Shown in pieces: positions 62,089 through 64,000 of a DNA stretch of 64,000 nucleotides. The translations under genes and the position numbers were made by a program. The DNA comes from Sphaerodactylus townsendi (lineage: Eukaryota). Position 1 is the stretch's first letter. The number at the start of each line of letters is the position of its first letter. The notes beneath the pieces were generated by a model. The model ran no database searches. It worked only from the letters and a program-made list of their open reading frames with translations, and was not told the origin of the DNA. Location of the stretch: contig NC_059430.1 in assembly GCF_021028975.2 (NCBI RefSeq), positions 26,598,001-26,662,000 on the forward strand, written 5' to 3'.

Positions 62089-62222
62089 AAATGGATCTGC
62101 TCAGGAAGACATTTTTATAACAGGGAGCAAGACTGCTTAACGCCTGTGAAATTTAGTTAGTTTTCATTGCTTTTTGTTGTGGGTTTTCCGGGCTGTGTGG
62201 CCGTGGTCTGGTAGATCTTGTT

Positions 62223-62263
62223 CCTAATATTTCGCCTGCATCTGTGGCTGGCATCTTCAGAGG
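62223..62263 (-). ncRNA. Minimal hammerhead ribozyme motif, core intact, palindromic stem III (AUAU)
   Basis: CCU-CUGAAGA-U-GCC-(13 nt)-GGC-GAAA-UA-UU-AGG. Confidence 0.68.
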
Positions 62264-62320
62264 TGTGTGCAGTAACAGACTTCCCGCTTTGTCCAGTAAC
62301 AGACTTCCCTCTGTGATACA

Positions 62321-62361
62321 CCTCTGAAGATGCCAGCCACAGATACAGGCGAAACATTAGG
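62321..62361 (+). ncRNA. Minimal hammerhead ribozyme motif, core intact, stem III mutated (ACAU)
   Basis: CCU-CUGAAGA-U-GCC-(13 nt)-GGC-GAAA-CA-UU-AGG. Confidence 0.6.
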
Positions 62362-62603
62362 AACAAGATCTACCAGACCACGGCCACAGAGCCCGAAAAA
62401 CCCACAACAACCAGTTGAATTTGGCCGTGAAAGTCTTCGACAATACATTTCATTGCTTTGTTCCTTGTATAGGTTACGCTGCATTGTTCACTTATTTTGT
62501 AATTCAATTCAGTTAATTATTTTTATGCATGAGAACTGTTTTTAATGCATTGCTTTCATTTTGTAACACTCTTATCTACCGTCAGTAGTATGTTCCCTGC
62601 TGC

Positions 62604-64000
62604 TGTCACCCGCCCCCTGCACCCGTCTCCCTGCGCCGCCGCCTCAACCTGCGCAACCGCCGCCCCAGCGGGCGCCGAGGGCCGTGGAGAGAGGATATTA
62701 CAGACCTCCAATACCTGCCCGTTTCGATGGGACCACTTCCAAACTCCCCTACTTCATCCTGCAACTCGATGCCCACATGGAGGACTATGACGATTTGTAC
62801 CGGTCTGAACGCGAAAAAATACGGGACATCGGTTCCGTCTTGGATGGAGCGGCAGCCGACTGGTTTGTGACTCTTTTTGACCTGCAAGGGGAGGATACTC
62901 GCACGGTGCCTGCGTTCCTCCAAGCCTTAAGGGCTCGCTTCCAAGATCCGGGTGCTGAAAAGTAGAAATACATCCATACCATCAAATCTATTCAACAAGG
63001 CAACCGCTCCCTTTGCCGACTTTGCCCGTGGTGCGTGCGACGGCTGCTGGGGAGCTCCACTCCTGAGTGGCCTGAGCGCATGAAATGTGAATACTTCTCG
63101 GATGCCGTCGATGGCAAACTGCGAGAAACGGTGTTCCTTGACCGGATCCCACGCACTATTGCTGAATGGATCGAATTGGGATCTCAAGTGGCGTCTCGTT
63201 TGGATGCAGCTCCGCCGAGGGGCCGCCCAGCCCAAAACCCGCCGCTTCGACCACGCTGCGAGCTTCATAAGCCAAGCCCAGCAGCCTCTGCGGAAACCAC
63301 CTCTGGCGCCCGTCGCCGTTTGGGATTGTGTCTTTACTGCGGAGGACCCGGCGGGTCATCTAGCTGCCAACTGCCCGAAAAAAGCAGAAGCCAACAGCTC
63401 CGGCTGCGCGCACCCATCTGCCAAGCCACCCGCGTAAATCCGGGCCCGCCTCCAGCGGGCTTTCGTCTAAAGGCGGTTACCGAAGGCTGACCCAGAAGAG
63501 GAAGCAGCTGTTCTCTTCAGCCCCAGCATGGATATGGAGTTTTCCGACTCCAGATCGCGGTGAGTGAAGGCGAAAGCAGCTCCCATTCACGATTCAAGCG
63601 ATTCTGGCCAGCCGCTAAGCACACTTTCGTATTATAGCCTCAGCCCTTGTAGATTCTGGGTGCTCCCATTGCTTAATCGACCCCAAGTGAAGCGGGAGGA
63701 ACTTGGACTGAACCGAGTCCCCCTAGCTAAGCCCATACCGTTCACCCAAATGGGCCGGCAGCCACTCACCGAGAGGGGCCGAAGGACCGGCCCAGTTCAA
63801 AAGCGCCAACCCGGTTCTCCTCCGCTGCGCTGACCATTGGGGAGAAAATTAGTTTTATTCTGGCTCCAGTGGCCAAACCTCTCCATAGGTCCTGGAGCAT
63901 GCCATGGTCTGTTGTTGCATGAACCAAAATTCATTTGGAAAAGAAGCGGATGCTTAGAATTCACTGACCCTCCTGTGGAGGAACACATGGTGGGGAAAAC
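62604..64000 (+). mobile_element. Decayed Ty3/Gypsy (sushi-like) retrotransposon gag-protease region, running off the window
   Basis: RFDG...F..QL...K...GS.LDGAAADWF..L capsid motif (62684..62965), CLYCGGP-GHLAANCP CCHC knuckle across a frameshift (~63327-63377), protease-like DSG, PIPFTQM, MPW..HEP; several frameshifts. Confidence 0.85.

Larger units (their letters stand above)
62174..62447. mobile_element. PLE terminus: inverted pLTR + spacer + direct pLTR + tail
   Basis: ~92-bp inverted arms, tail GGCCGTGAAAGTCTTCGACAATACA, 12-bp flanking repeat TTTCATTGCTTT (62162-62173, 62448-62459). Confidence 0.87.

Noticed and set aside
62684-63490. Domesticated gag gene (PEG10/RTL/LDOC1-like)
   Set aside because: No clear ATG start; frameshifts split the capsid and the CCHC knuckle.
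34300-64000. DENND5B canonical exon 1
   Set aside because: No RFAHYFV.CG.D..SGLEPDEL-type sequence found; it presumably lies beyond position 64000, and the GC-rich 62.6-64 kb region is Gypsy, not the promoter island.

Overview
Vertebrate nuclear DNA from a squamate reptile. A gecko is likely, judging from the Squam3-like, Sauria-like and 5S-derived SINEs. The whole window lies inside DENND5B on the minus strand. Seven constitutive coding exons (110, 667, 188, 537, 232, 151 and 94 nt) have canonical AG/GT ends and splice in frame through the uDENN-cDENN-dDENN region; exon 1 and the RUN/PLAT exons are not in the window. Three less obvious gene features are visible: a 66-nt in-frame cassette exon in intron 1, a candidate alternative first exon whose donor reads GA rather than GT, and a candidate truncating acceptor/terminal exon (stop overlapping AATAAA) just upstream of exon 8. 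The introns are dense with mobile DNA: hAT MITEs (SPIN-, OC1- and Charlie-like, 8-bp TSDs), PIF/Harbinger MITEs (3-bp TSDs), a Tc2-like MITE, CR1/L2/L1/RTE LINE fragments, SINEs and a decayed Gypsy element. There are also five Penelope-like element (PLE) termini carrying minimal hammerhead-ribozyme motifs, two arranged as palindromes and two with intact catalytic cores on the DENND5B-sense strand. One 172-N assembly gap is present. There is no prokaryotic system, CRISPR array or bona fide rRNA/tRNA gene. Repeat family names come from motif recall, not from database searches.
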